DNA of 64,000 bases from Cyclobacteriaceae bacterium. GTDB lineage: Bacteria; Bacteroidota; Bacteroidia; Cytophagales; Cyclobacteriaceae. Of the stretch, positions 1 to 8,871 are shown piece by piece. The position numbers and the translations under genes are program-made. The notes under the pieces are model-generated. The model did not search any database, was not told the DNA's origin, and saw nothing but the letters and a program-made list of their open reading frames with translations. The stretch is from NCBI GenBank assembly GCA_016787605.1, contig JAEUUE010000119.1, forward strand, positions 40,267 to 104,266. The letters are read 5' to 3'. Position 1 is the first letter of the stretch. Every line of letters starts with the position of its first letter.

Positions 1-60
1 AAGCAGGAATCGACAAATAGGGGCAAAGAAGGGGGACGAGAGGAGTTCACAGAAATAGCG

Positions 61-726
61 TTGGGCAACCGGGCGGTTCACCTGCTGCCTGAGCGCGCGA
101 TTTTTCTCCCGGAATCGGATACGCTGGTCCTGGCCGATCTGCATTTTGGCAAAGTCAACCATTTTCGCCGGGCCGGACTTCCTGTACCACCGGCGGCCAA
201 CCAGCGAAATGCGGAGCGGCTGATCGACCTGATCCAAAAAATGAAGCCGGCGCGGACCCTCTTTTTAGGAGATTTGTTCCACAGCGCCTACAACGACGAC
301 TGGGAAGTAGTCGGGCAGATTGTCCGTCATTTTCCGGCTTGCTCGTTCGTGCTGGTGATCGGCAACCACGATATTCTCAGCGAGCGGCAATATGTGCGTA
401 ACGGCATCCAGTGCGTGGACCGGATCAGCGAGGGGAACGTGGTCTTTACACATGAGCCCCTCGAAGCCAAGGAAGTGGCTGACGGCACCATCAACGTAGC
501 CGGCCACCTGCATCCTGCGGCGCGACTCACCGGCAAAGGAAGACAGTCGCTGGTCATGCCGTGCTTCTGGAAGTCGGAGAAGCATTTTATTCTGCCTGCC
601 TTTGGTTCATTCACTGGCCTGGCTGCCATCGCCCCGGCGGAAACCGACACCGTCTATGTGCTGGTTGATCATCGCATCCTGGAGATCCGACCGGTGTCGA
701 TGGGTACTAAATCCGCGAGTTCATGA
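61..726 (+). CDS. pdeM: PdeM-like ligase-associated DNA damage response metallophosphoesterase
   Basis: 221-aa ORF. The N-terminus LLPERAIFLPESDTLVLADLHFGK plus FLGDLFH, GNHD and GHLHP are calcineurin-like phosphoesterase motifs in the PdeM arrangement. The TTG start at 61 is tentative. ATGA overlap with the next gene. Confidence 0.7.
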   Translation: MGNRAVHLLPERAIFLPESDTLVLADLHFGKVNHFRRAGLPVPPAANQRNAERLIDLIQKMKPARTLFLGDLFHSAYNDDWEVVGQIVRHFPACSFVLVIGNHDILSERQYVRNGIQCVDRISEGNVVFTHEPLEAKEVADGTINVAGHLHPAARLTGKGRQSLVMPCFWKSEKHFILPAFGSFTGLAAIAPAETDTVYVLVDHRILEIRPVSMGTKSASS

Positions 727-1817
727 AGAGGCTGACGCTCGTCCTGGTCTTCTTGGTTCGCGCCGCCGCCGCACAGGATTCACTGGTCATGGTATTCGTG
801 GGCGACATCATGCAGCATGAATCCCAGATGAAATCGGCTTATAATCCTTCGACAGGGACCTATGACTATTCCGGAACATTTGACGGAGTAAAGCCGTGGA
901 TCCAGTCGGCTGACATCGCCGTTGGCAACCTGGAATTTACGTTTGGGGGCAGGCCATACACGGGATACCCGCAGTTCAGTGCGCCAGATGAATTCCTTGC
1001 CTCGATCAAGGACGCGGGTTTTGACGTGCTCGTGACGGCCAACAATCACTCCGTCGACCGCGGACGAAAGGGGTTGGAGAGAACCCTTCACCTGCTCGAC
1101 AGCGCGGGCATTTCCCATACCGGCACTTTTGCAGATACCCTGGAGTTCCTGAATCATTATCCTTTGATCGTCGAGGCCAAGGGATTCCGGGTTTCCCTGT
1201 TGAATTACACATATGGCACGAATGGCATCGCCGTACGTGCGCCAAACCGGGTCAATCCCATCGATACCATTCAGATCGCAAAAGACCTGGCCAGGGCACG
1301 GCTGCAGTCGACCGATGCCATCATCGTCTTCATGCACTGGGGCGACGAATATGTACAGGCGCCCAACGAGATGCAGCAGCGGGTGGCGAAGTTCTGCCTG
1401 AAGCACGGGGCCCGGATGGTGATCGGCTCCCACCCGCATGTGCTGCAGCCGATGATATGGGACCGCGATCGGGATAACCTGGTGGCCTATTCACTGGGCA
1501 ATTTCATCTCCGGGCAGCGCGTTCGCTATCGCAATGGCGGAGCTTTACTGCACGTCACGCTTCGAAAAGAGCCAGATTCAAACGGTTCGATGAAAGTGAA
1601 GATTTCCGATGCAACGTATTCGCTGGCCTGGGTGTCTCGGGCCAATGACAGTCGTCGAAGTTTTCGCCTGGTGCCTGTCGGGGATCCCGTGGACAGCCTC
1701 TCGGTAAGCGGGCCAAATTCCCGCGCCCTGTTCATGGAGTTCGTCAATGATTCCCGGAATTTTCTAGACCGGGAAAACCGCGCGGTGGTCGAGCGTGCGC
1801 GACGCCGGCGAAACTAG
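723..1817 (+). CDS. CapA-family metallophosphatase (poly-gamma-glutamate synthesis CapA-like)
   Basis: 364-aa ORF with a signal-like N-terminus. Motifs VFVGDIMQH, GNLE, ANNHS, MHWGDEY and GSHPHV are typical of the CapA/PGA_cap family. Confidence 0.75.
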   Translation: MKRLTLVLVFLVRAAAAQDSLVMVFVGDIMQHESQMKSAYNPSTGTYDYSGTFDGVKPWIQSADIAVGNLEFTFGGRPYTGYPQFSAPDEFLASIKDAGFDVLVTANNHSVDRGRKGLERTLHLLDSAGISHTGTFADTLEFLNHYPLIVEAKGFRVSLLNYTYGTNGIAVRAPNRVNPIDTIQIAKDLARARLQSTDAIIVFMHWGDEYVQAPNEMQQRVAKFCLKHGARMVIGSHPHVLQPMIWDRDRDNLVAYSLGNFISGQRVRYRNGGALLHVTLRKEPDSNGSMKVKISDATYSLAWVSRANDSRRSFRLVPVGDPVDSLSVSGPNSRALFMEFVNDSRNFLDRENRAVVERARRRRN

Positions 1818-1818
1818 C

Positions 1819-2508
1819 TCAGCGCCTGCCCGTCTTGAAGTTGATGCCGATGGAGAATTCCAGCCCGGTAAAATCTACCCGGGCGTCGGGATAGTCCACG
1901 GCTACCGAGCTGTTGTTGCCGCCCAGCAACCCTCCGGAGTAGCTCCCTTTCAGGGGCATGGATGATCCGCCCATGAGGTAGTTCGTTTCCAGGGAGATGC
2001 CCCACTGTGAGGTGACGTCCACGCTGAATTCAAAGCCCACGAGATAGCCGAAGCCTGGCTTGTTTTCGAAATCAAAGCTGGAGTTGACCACATCCCATCC
2101 CTGGTAGGCTCTCAGGGCTTTATCCATGTTGCCGTAGTTGAGCTGCTGGTCGAAGGCATAGAAGAAAAACCCTCCGCCCTTGATGTCAAACTCCATGCCT
2201 TTGCCTTTGAACTGGATCACCAGTTCTCCCGGGATAAAGAGTGTAAAGTTGGGTCCCGTCAGGGAAGATTTACTTTCGAAGGGAAGGTTGGTCATGCCCA
2301 TTCCCGACATCCGGTAAAGCGATACGCCCGTCTCGAGCGCGATGAACCGGTTCAGATCGATCCCTACACCTCGCAGGGAGAAGGGACTGATGGGCGTGGA
2401 AAAATCGCCGTTGCGCGGGATGAAGTAACTGAACGATAACCCGACGCTTTGGGCGAGTGAAGGGAGGGAGCCGGCCATACACAGGAGAATGAAAAGAATG
2501 CGCTTCAT
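1819..2508 (-). CDS. small outer-membrane beta-barrel protein (hypothetical)
   Basis: The internal start MKRILFILLCMAGSLPSLAQ gives a clean signal peptide. The rest alternates aromatic and Gly-rich beta-strand patterns. The longer 520-aa ORF upstream runs antisense to the amidohydrolase gene, so I did not use it. Confidence 0.6.
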   Translation of the reverse strand: MKRILFILLCMAGSLPSLAQSVGLSFSYFIPRNGDFSTPISPFSLRGVGIDLNRFIALETGVSLYRMSGMGMTNLPFESKSSLTGPNFTLFIPGELVIQFKGKGMEFDIKGGGFFFYAFDQQLNYGNMDKALRAYQGWDVVNSSFDFENKPGFGYLVGFEFSVDVTSQWGISLETNYLMGGSSMPLKGSYSGGLLGGNNSSVAVDYPDARVDFTGLEFSIGINFKTGRR

Positions 2509-2619
2509 GGATCTCAGGTATTTTCGGCGAAGATACTTCAATCGTCTCCCCCTGCGTAGTTTTGATAGGAAGATCATGCTGATCTGTATTACATTACGAC
2601 CGAAACCCAGCAGATTCCT

Positions 2620-4311
2620 ATGAGAAAACTCCTGTTCCTTGCCGCCGCCCTGGCTTGGGGCTGCCAGTCCAAGCCGGTCCCCGCCGATCTGATCATCTAC
2701 GGCGGGCCGATCTATACAGCCGATGACCAGCAGCCTACCGTTGAGGCGGTGGCCGTCAATGCCGACACCATACGCTTCACCGGCACGCTGGAAGAGGCAC
2801 GCAACTTCCAGGGCGAAAAGACCGAGATGCTCGACCTGAAGGGTGCCACGATGACCCCGGGATTCATCGAGTCGCACGGGCACATCATGGGAGTGGGGTA
2901 TAACGAGATGAACCTTGACCTCATGTCGGTGAAGAGCTACGAGGAGATGGTGGAGAAAGTGAAGGAAGCCGTGGCCAAGGCGGAGCCGGGACAGTGGATC
3001 CTCGGCCGCGGGTGGCATCAGGACAAGTGGGACACGAAGCCGGGGAAAATGGTGAAAGGCTTTCAAACCCATGACTTGCTCAGCGCCGCCAGTCCCGACA
3101 ACCCGGTCTACCTGACCCACGCCAGCGGCCATGCAGGATTCGCCAATGCGAAGGCCATGCAGCTTGCGGGCGTTAATCAATTGTCGGTTGAAAAACTTTC
3201 CGGTGAGCTCGAGGGCGGTGAGATTATCCGCGACAAGATGGGAAACCCGACAGGCATCTTCAATGAGCGTGCACAAACCCTGATCCGCAAAGTCATCCCG
3301 GAGAATACACCGGAGTCCAATGCGAGGGCGCTGGAGTTGGCCATGGATGCCTGCGCCCGCCTGGGGATCACCGGCTTCCATGATGCCGGGGCCAGCCGGG
3401 ACAACATCGAACTCTTCCGGTCGTTTGCGGAAACAGGTAAACTGAAGACGCGCTTGTATGTGATGATCACGGGCTGGGATCGTGAGCTGATCCGGGAATG
3501 GTATAAACGCGGACCTCTTGTCGATCCCCGTGGCGTCACGGTTCGCTCGATCAAATTGAACTGCGATGGAGCGCTGGGTTCACGCGGCGCCTGGTTGCTG
3601 GAGCCCTACTCGGACCGCAAAGACACGTATGGGATGGCGACCTTCCCCATGGACAGCGTGCTCAGCACTTCGCGGGATGGCCTCAAGTATGGCTTTCAGG
3701 TTTGCTCGCACGCCATTGGCGACCGGGCCAACCAGGAAATATTGAACCGGTATGAAGTGGCATTCAAGGAGAATCCGTCGGTGACCGATCATCGTTTTCG
3801 CATTGAACATGCCCAGCATCTTCATCCCAATGACATACCCCGGTTTGCCCAGTTGGGTGTGATCCCGGCCATGCAGGCCATTCACTTGTCGTCCGACAGG
3901 CCATGGGCCATCGAACGGCTAGGGGAGAAGCGCATCAAGGAAGGCGCTTACATGTGGCAGTCGCTCCTCAAGAGCGGGGCGAAGGTGATCAACGGTACCG
4001 ATGCGCCGGTGGAACCGCTCGCGCCCATCCCCAGTTTCTATGCCTCCGTCACCCGGAAGACCCTACAGGGCCAACCGGAAGGCGGCTATGAACCCGAAGA
4101 GAAAATGACCCGCGAGCAGGCGTTGCGATCCTACACCCTGGACGCGGCGTATGGGGCGTTCGAGGAGAAGTTCAAAGGGTCGATTACGACAGGTAAACTA
4201 GCCGACTTCACGGTGTTCTCCAAAGATCTGATGACTGTACCGGAAGATGAAATCCTCAGCGTCGAAGTTATCCGGACGCTGGTGGGAGGAAAAACAGTCT
4301 ATACCAAGTAA
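2620..4311 (+). CDS. amidohydrolase family protein (Amidohydro_3 / YtcJ-like metal-dependent hydrolase)
   Basis: 563 aa. Lipoprotein-like signal (LAWGCQS), HxH metal motif GFIESHGH, and the late motifs HAIGDRA, EHAQH and GTDAPVE. Confidence 0.8.
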   Translation: MRKLLFLAAALAWGCQSKPVPADLIIYGGPIYTADDQQPTVEAVAVNADTIRFTGTLEEARNFQGEKTEMLDLKGATMTPGFIESHGHIMGVGYNEMNLDLMSVKSYEEMVEKVKEAVAKAEPGQWILGRGWHQDKWDTKPGKMVKGFQTHDLLSAASPDNPVYLTHASGHAGFANAKAMQLAGVNQLSVEKLSGELEGGEIIRDKMGNPTGIFNERAQTLIRKVIPENTPESNARALELAMDACARLGITGFHDAGASRDNIELFRSFAETGKLKTRLYVMITGWDRELIREWYKRGPLVDPRGVTVRSIKLNCDGALGSRGAWLLEPYSDRKDTYGMATFPMDSVLSTSRDGLKYGFQVCSHAIGDRANQEILNRYEVAFKENPSVTDHRFRIEHAQHLHPNDIPRFAQLGVIPAMQAIHLSSDRPWAIERLGEKRIKEGAYMWQSLLKSGAKVINGTDAPVEPLAPIPSFYASVTRKTLQGQPEGGYEPEEKMTREQALRSYTLDAAYGAFEEKFKGSITTGKLADFTVFSKDLMTVPEDEILSVEVIRTLVGGKTVYTK

Positions 4312-4341
4312 CCAGAGAGCCTTCACCTCTGAGGCCCAGCG

Positions 4342-4367
4342 TCAGGCTGAGCGACGACGAAGCCTGA
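4342..4367. terminator. hairpin between convergent genes (possible bidirectional terminator)
   Basis: TCAGGCT-12 nt-AGCCTGA, a 7-bp stem between the amidohydrolase (+) and TerB-like (-) 3' ends. No clear U-tract. Confidence 0.3.
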
Positions 4368-4403
4368 ACGACTTGTCCTGAGCCTGCCGAAGGAAGACGA
4401 AGC

Positions 4404-4796
4404 CTATTTCAGGAACTTATGTGCCCGGGCCATGAGCCCGCGGCGGTCGGCGGTAATCGACGGGTCGCTGTAGACTTTGGCGGCCAGTTCGCTAATGACA
4501 TCTTTTCGGTAGCCCAGCCGGTCGGCGATGGATTCGCAGAAATGGATTTCGCTTTTGAAAACCTGGCCATCGGATTTCATCATCAGGATGAGCTGGTACA
4601 GGTTCTCAAATTTTTGGTCTTCGGTGAACGTGGACAGGTCCCCAATCGGTTTGGGGTGCTTGATCATTTCATCGATTTCCTCGCGGGAAAGACCCCCGGC
4701 CTTGCCGATCATGTGGATGGTCTTTGCCTCACGATCGTCGATCAGCTTGTCGCTGGCGGCGAGGTTAACCAGAAGGTTGAGCTTTTCCTTGATCAT
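4404..4796 (-). CDS. TerB-family (tellurite-resistance TerB-like) protein
   Basis: 130 aa, helical, with two repeats of the pattern DxxIDxxE...I (ASDKLIDDREAKTI and KSDGQVFKSEIHF), as in TerB-fold proteins. Confidence 0.55.
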   Translation of the reverse strand: MIKEKLNLLVNLAASDKLIDDREAKTIHMIGKAGGLSREEIDEMIKHPKPIGDLSTFTEDQKFENLYQLILMMKSDGQVFKSEIHFCESIADRLGYRKDVISELAAKVYSDPSITADRRGLMARAHKFLK

Positions 4797-4940
4797 GGAT
4801 TAACGGGTTTCTGGGGATAGGGAAAGGGCTTGTAAGGTTCCGAAATTAGCATAAATATTGCGTAAACCTAGCCTGTACACGAATTTTGCGGGCCATGCAA
4901 CCCCCGGCACCGTGGATTGTCTTTTGAACAAAGAACCAGT

Positions 4941-5630
4941 ATGAAACACATTGCCTTCCTTCTCGCCGCCCTCGGTTTGTCCATCGGACTGACTTTTGCC
5001 CAGCAATCCGAGACGAGGCCGGTGGGTTCATTCAGCGGTATCAAGACGGGGGAAGCCATTGATGTTTACCTGAAGAAAGGGGACAAGGAATCGGTACGGG
5101 TTGAAGTTTCGGGCGACCGGATCGAGAACGTACTCACGGAGGTGGTGGGATCCAACTTGAAGATTCACCTTCGGGAGAACAGCTTCTTTCGCAGCAATGT
5201 CAACGTGAAAGTTTATGTCACTTATGTATCCCTGAACCGGATCTACGCCAGCTCGGCTTCCAATGTATTCTCCGAAGGGATCCTGAAGACCGATGACCTG
5301 GAAATCCAGGGCTCCAGCGCTGCCGATATCGAGTTGGCCATTGAAGCCAGGGATGTGAGGGTTCATGCTTCCAGCGCGGCCGACATCATCCTCGAAGGCA
5401 AAGCCAAATCCATCAACGCGGAAGCGAGCAGTTCGGGTGAAATCGATGCCTATGCCTTGCAGGTAGAGTCAGCTGATGCCAGCGCAAGCAGTGCCGGAAG
5501 CATCAAGCTGTCGGTCTCCGAGACCCTGGAAGCAGGCGCCAGCAGCGGCGGCAGTGTTCGCTACCGGGGCAACCCCACGCGTACCAACACGCATTCCAGC
5601 AGCGGAGGATCAGTGAAGAAAGCAAACTGA
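4941..5630 (+). CDS. DUF2807 / head GIN domain-containing secreted protein
   Basis: Signal peptide MKHIAFLLAALGLSIGLTFAQ, followed by repeated ASSA(A/G)DI, ASSSGEI, ASSAGSI and ASSGGSV beta-helix-like units. Confidence 0.65.
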   Translation: MKHIAFLLAALGLSIGLTFAQQSETRPVGSFSGIKTGEAIDVYLKKGDKESVRVEVSGDRIENVLTEVVGSNLKIHLRENSFFRSNVNVKVYVTYVSLNRIYASSASNVFSEGILKTDDLEIQGSSAADIELAIEARDVRVHASSAADIILEGKAKSINAEASSSGEIDAYALQVESADASASSAGSIKLSVSETLEAGASSGGSVRYRGNPTRTNTHSSSGGSVKKAN

Positions 5631-5635
5631 CCGGT

Positions 5636-5662
5636 GAAGGGCCTGGTGCCCTTTTCTTTTTT
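5636..5662 (+). terminator. rho-independent terminator
   Basis: AAGGGC-ctggt-GCCCTT stem-loop followed by TTCTTTTTT, directly after the stop codon at 5630. Confidence 0.65.
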
Positions 5663-5685
5663 GCCGGGTTTGCGAACTTTGTTCC

Positions 5686-6492
5686 ATGAGAGAGTTTCTT
5701 GGCCTCACTGGCCACCCCTGGTCCAGCATTTTACTGATCGTCTTCCTTCGTTATCTCCTGCTGGCATCGGTGGCCTACCTGGTATACTACGTGTGGAAGA
5801 AGAAAGCCTGGTCATGGAAGAAGATCCAGGAACGCTTTCCTGAACGTACGGATTACCTGAGGGAGTTTCTTTACTCGCTTTCCACGACGGTCATTTTTGG
5901 CACCCTTGGCTACCTGTTCTTTTTCGGCCCGATCGCGCCGTACACCAAGGTGTACCGTGACTTGTCGGCCTACAGCCCGGGCTATTTTTTCGGCAGCGTA
6001 GCGCTCACCCTGCTGGTTCACGACGCGTATTTCTATTGGACCCACCGGGCCATGCATCACCCGCTTCTCTTTCCGCTCTTTCACAAGGTTCACCATCTTT
6101 CCACCAATCCTTCACCCTGGGCGGCGATGGCCTTCCATCCGCTCGAGGCGGTGGTCGAGTTCGGCATCATCGCATTGGTGCCTTTTCTTTACCCCATTCA
6201 TCCCCTGGCCATCGCCCTGTTCCTGCTGATCATGATGATCTACAATGTCTACGGTCACCTCGGTTATGAGCTTTATCCCAAAGGCTTTGCCACGAGCGTG
6301 GTGGGCCGATGGATAAACACCTCGGTGAATCACAACCAGCATCATCAGTACTTCAAGGGTAATTATGGTCTTTATTTTCTCTGGTGGGATCGGTGGATGG
6401 GAACGCTGCGCGCGGACTATGAAGAACGATTTGACCAGGTGAAGGGGAGGCGGGAGACTCTACCGGCGGAAGGTGGTCAATCCCCCGGGTAG
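5686..6492 (+). CDS. fatty acid hydroxylase / sterol desaturase family membrane protein
   Basis: 268 aa with several TM segments and three His boxes (HRAMHH, HKVHH, HNQHHQ) diagnostic of the di-iron membrane hydroxylase/desaturase superfamily. Confidence 0.8.
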   Translation: MREFLGLTGHPWSSILLIVFLRYLLLASVAYLVYYVWKKKAWSWKKIQERFPERTDYLREFLYSLSTTVIFGTLGYLFFFGPIAPYTKVYRDLSAYSPGYFFGSVALTLLVHDAYFYWTHRAMHHPLLFPLFHKVHHLSTNPSPWAAMAFHPLEAVVEFGIIALVPFLYPIHPLAIALFLLIMMIYNVYGHLGYELYPKGFATSVVGRWINTSVNHNQHHQYFKGNYGLYFLWWDRWMGTLRADYEERFDQVKGRRETLPAEGGQSPG

Positions 6493-7305
6493 CGAACTCA
6501 GCGCGGTGACGACAAAGAACAGCAGCGAGAAGGCCACCGAAGATTCCCGCGAAATGGAAGAGTAACCCGCGGCCGTGACAAAAACGAGTTCACGAAGCCC
6601 GATGCCCCCGATGGAAATCGGAAGCACGGCCACCAGCGAAGAAAGAAGGAACACGGCAAGGTAGACCGCCAGGTTCTCCTGGATGTGAAGGCTCTGCAGG
6701 AGGGCCCAGGCACAGATCACTTGTACCAACTGAACCAGCACCGAGGTGAGTGTCGTTTGCCGCAGCACCGGTAGGTATTGCTTTCCGAACCATCGATGAA
6801 CGGCATAGCTGGCGGGAAGGGTGAGCAGGAAACCGCCGATAATCAGGAAGTCGTAGGGAGTCTTAGGGAAGGCCAACCACGTGAGCAGAAACCCGATCGC
6901 CGCCAGCGCCACAAGCCCGCTGAACCGTTCAAACAACATGGCATGGGCCGACTTTCCTGCCGGCACCTGCAGGTCACGATGGAGGATCCATACCTTGTAG
7001 GCATCGCCTCCAATGCCACCGGGCAAGAACAGGTTGTAGAACATGCCGATGAAGTACAGGCGAAGGTTTTTAGAGGGGCTCAAGACTATGTCCTGGCAGC
7101 GGAGATAAGCCATCAGCCGAAAGGCGCTGATCACCTTCGAGAGGACGTAGGCGCCAAGGGCGAGGAGTATCCAACCCAGGTTCGCTTCAACTACTACCTG
7201 CTTGAGCCGGGGAATATCCAGCTGTCGGAAAACCACGTACAGCGCTCCCGCGCTCAGGACAAGGCGCAACCCGGCGCCGGTGATTTTACGAATTCGAGGA
7301 TCCAA
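6460..7305 (-). CDS. flippase-like UPF0104 membrane protein (lysyl-PG synthase TM-domain family)
   Basis: 281-aa polytopic membrane protein. The PGGIGGDAYK motif is typical of the UPF0104/LPG_synthase_TM family. It overlaps the GT2 gene by 20 nt. Confidence 0.65.
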   Translation of the reverse strand: MDPRIRKITGAGLRLVLSAGALYVVFRQLDIPRLKQVVVEANLGWILLALGAYVLSKVISAFRLMAYLRCQDIVLSPSKNLRLYFIGMFYNLFLPGGIGGDAYKVWILHRDLQVPAGKSAHAMLFERFSGLVALAAIGFLLTWLAFPKTPYDFLIIGGFLLTLPASYAVHRWFGKQYLPVLRQTTLTSVLVQLVQVICAWALLQSLHIQENLAVYLAVFLLSSLVAVLPISIGGIGLRELVFVTAAGYSSISRESSVAFSLLFFVVTALSSLPGGLTTFRR

Positions 7306-8221
7306 CGAAGACGTTTTTGACGGTATAGGTCTTTCTTCCGGAGGAATAGTACACGCGCATCAGGAGTTCGGCGAGCACACCAAACGTGAGAAACTGGATG
7401 CCGGCCAGGACCAGCGAGATCCCCAGGATCAGGAGCGGCCGGCCGCCGATTTCCTCACCGGAAAGTTTTACGCCCAGGAGGTATAGACTGATGATGCTTC
7501 CCGCCATCAGGGTAATCATGCCGAGGGGGCCGAACAAGTGAATCGGTTTGCGAAAGTATTTCTGGAGGAAGTAGAGCAGGAAGAGATCGCTCAGGACATT
7601 GAAGGTTCGGCCTAACCCGTACTTCGAACGACCGAAGCGACGCGGGGAATGGCTTACTTCCATGTCGGTGATCCGCGCCCCGCGAAGGGCGGCCAGAATG
7701 GGGATGAACCGGTGCAGTTCGCCATGCAGCTCAAGGTTTTTCGCGTAGTCTTTGCGGAATGCTTTGAGTGAGCAGCCGTAATCCCTTACGATAACCCCTG
7801 ATATGTTGCGGATGAGGCGGTTGGCGAGACGGCTGGGGAACGTGCGAACCCAGCTGTCTTTACGATCTTTCCGGAATCCCGCCACGACATCCCATTCGCC
7901 CTCCTGTAGTTTCTGCAGTAGCCGGGGAATGTCCTCCGGGTTGTTCTGCTGATCCCCGTCAAGGGTAACGATGTAGTCTCCTTCGGAAGCGTCGATGCCG
8001 GCGGCCATGGCGGCCGTTTGCCCGAAGTTGCGGGCCAGGCAGATCAGTTTCGTGCGGGCGTCGCTGTGTTTGCGAACCTCCGAGGCGGTGGCATCCGTGG
8101 ACCCGTCGTCCACCCAGATTACCTCATAGGTAAATCCCTGGAGGGCGGTTCTCAGCCGACCGGCCAGTTCGCGGACATTCTCCGCCTCGTTAAGCACGGG
8201 TATGACGACGGAGAGTTGCAT
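7286..8221 (-). CDS. GT2 polyprenyl-phosphate glycosyltransferase (ArnC/DPM1-like)
   Basis: 311 aa with VVIPVLNE, DDGSTD, DGDQQN (DxD) and two C-terminal TM helices, the ArnC/GtrB architecture. Confidence 0.85.
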   Translation of the reverse strand: MQLSVVIPVLNEAENVRELAGRLRTALQGFTYEVIWVDDGSTDATASEVRKHSDARTKLICLARNFGQTAAMAAGIDASEGDYIVTLDGDQQNNPEDIPRLLQKLQEGEWDVVAGFRKDRKDSWVRTFPSRLANRLIRNISGVIVRDYGCSLKAFRKDYAKNLELHGELHRFIPILAALRGARITDMEVSHSPRRFGRSKYGLGRTFNVLSDLFLLYFLQKYFRKPIHLFGPLGMITLMAGSIISLYLLGVKLSGEEIGGRPLLILGISLVLAGIQFLTFGVLAELLMRVYYSSGRKTYTVKNVFVGSSNS

Positions 8222-8838
8222 CAGGTTTCGCGAAGAGGACGTAATTCAAACAGCCGATAAACAATAAGCAACCCCATACACCCGATCGCAGCCCCCGCGA
8301 GAATATCCGTTACATTATGAACGCCCAGGACGATCCGGGAAAACATGATCGACAGGGCCCAGGCGGCGGAAAGGATTGCGCTGACCGGGGTCCGAAACAA
8401 AAGGGTTGAAAAACCAACGGCTGCGGCAGTGGCCTCCACGGTGTGGCCGGAGGGAAATGAGTTGCTTCCTCCGACGCTGAGCTGGGCAATCTGCTTGTCG
8501 ACCTCGTAAGGCCGGGGTTCCTTGACAGTACGCTTGATGACGGCCGAAACGGAACCTCCAAGGGCAATGCCGAGGAGGATGATCAACGCATGCCGTACCC
8601 AGGCCTTCTTCCTTCGAATCAGCCCGGCGGCAATGGCCAGCGCCGGGATGCCCAGGCTGAAGTAACTGATGCTGTCGGAAACGAGTTGGAGAAATCGTAC
8701 CGACGCCGGGGTCTGCATAAGTTGAAGTTCCCGGATGAGTTTTTGTTCCGTAGTTTTATTTTCGGAAACCCGATACACGCCCAGGGCCGTTACCAGGGAA
8801 ACGAGCAGAACCAGAATGAGCCAGAAGGAAGATTTCAT
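8221..8838 (-). CDS. PAP2-family phosphatase
   Basis: 205-aa membrane protein with the three PAP2 motifs KRTVKEPRP, PSGH and SRIVLGVHNVTD. Its stop overlaps the GT2 start (TGATG). Confidence 0.85.
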   Translation of the reverse strand: MKSSFWLILVLLVSLVTALGVYRVSENKTTEQKLIRELQLMQTPASVRFLQLVSDSISYFSLGIPALAIAAGLIRRKKAWVRHALIILLGIALGGSVSAVIKRTVKEPRPYEVDKQIAQLSVGGSNSFPSGHTVEATAAAVGFSTLLFRTPVSAILSAAWALSIMFSRIVLGVHNVTDILAGAAIGCMGLLIVYRLFELRPLRET

Positions 8839-8871
8839 GGAATGCGTGTCCTATCAAAAGTAGATAAACCC

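Noticed and set aside
1819-3381. A 520-aa minus-strand ORF
   Set aside because: Only the last 229 codons (from MKRILF... at 2508) look like a gene, with a signal peptide and beta-barrel pattern. The upstream 290 codons run antisense through the well-supported amidohydrolase gene and have Arg/Gly/His-rich shadow-ORF composition.
8590-8871. An N-terminal extension of the GT39 ORF (ORF-track start at 8590)
   Set aside because: It would overlap almost half of the divergent PAP2 gene. The family-typical N-terminus begins at MQDKKWIIV (8872).
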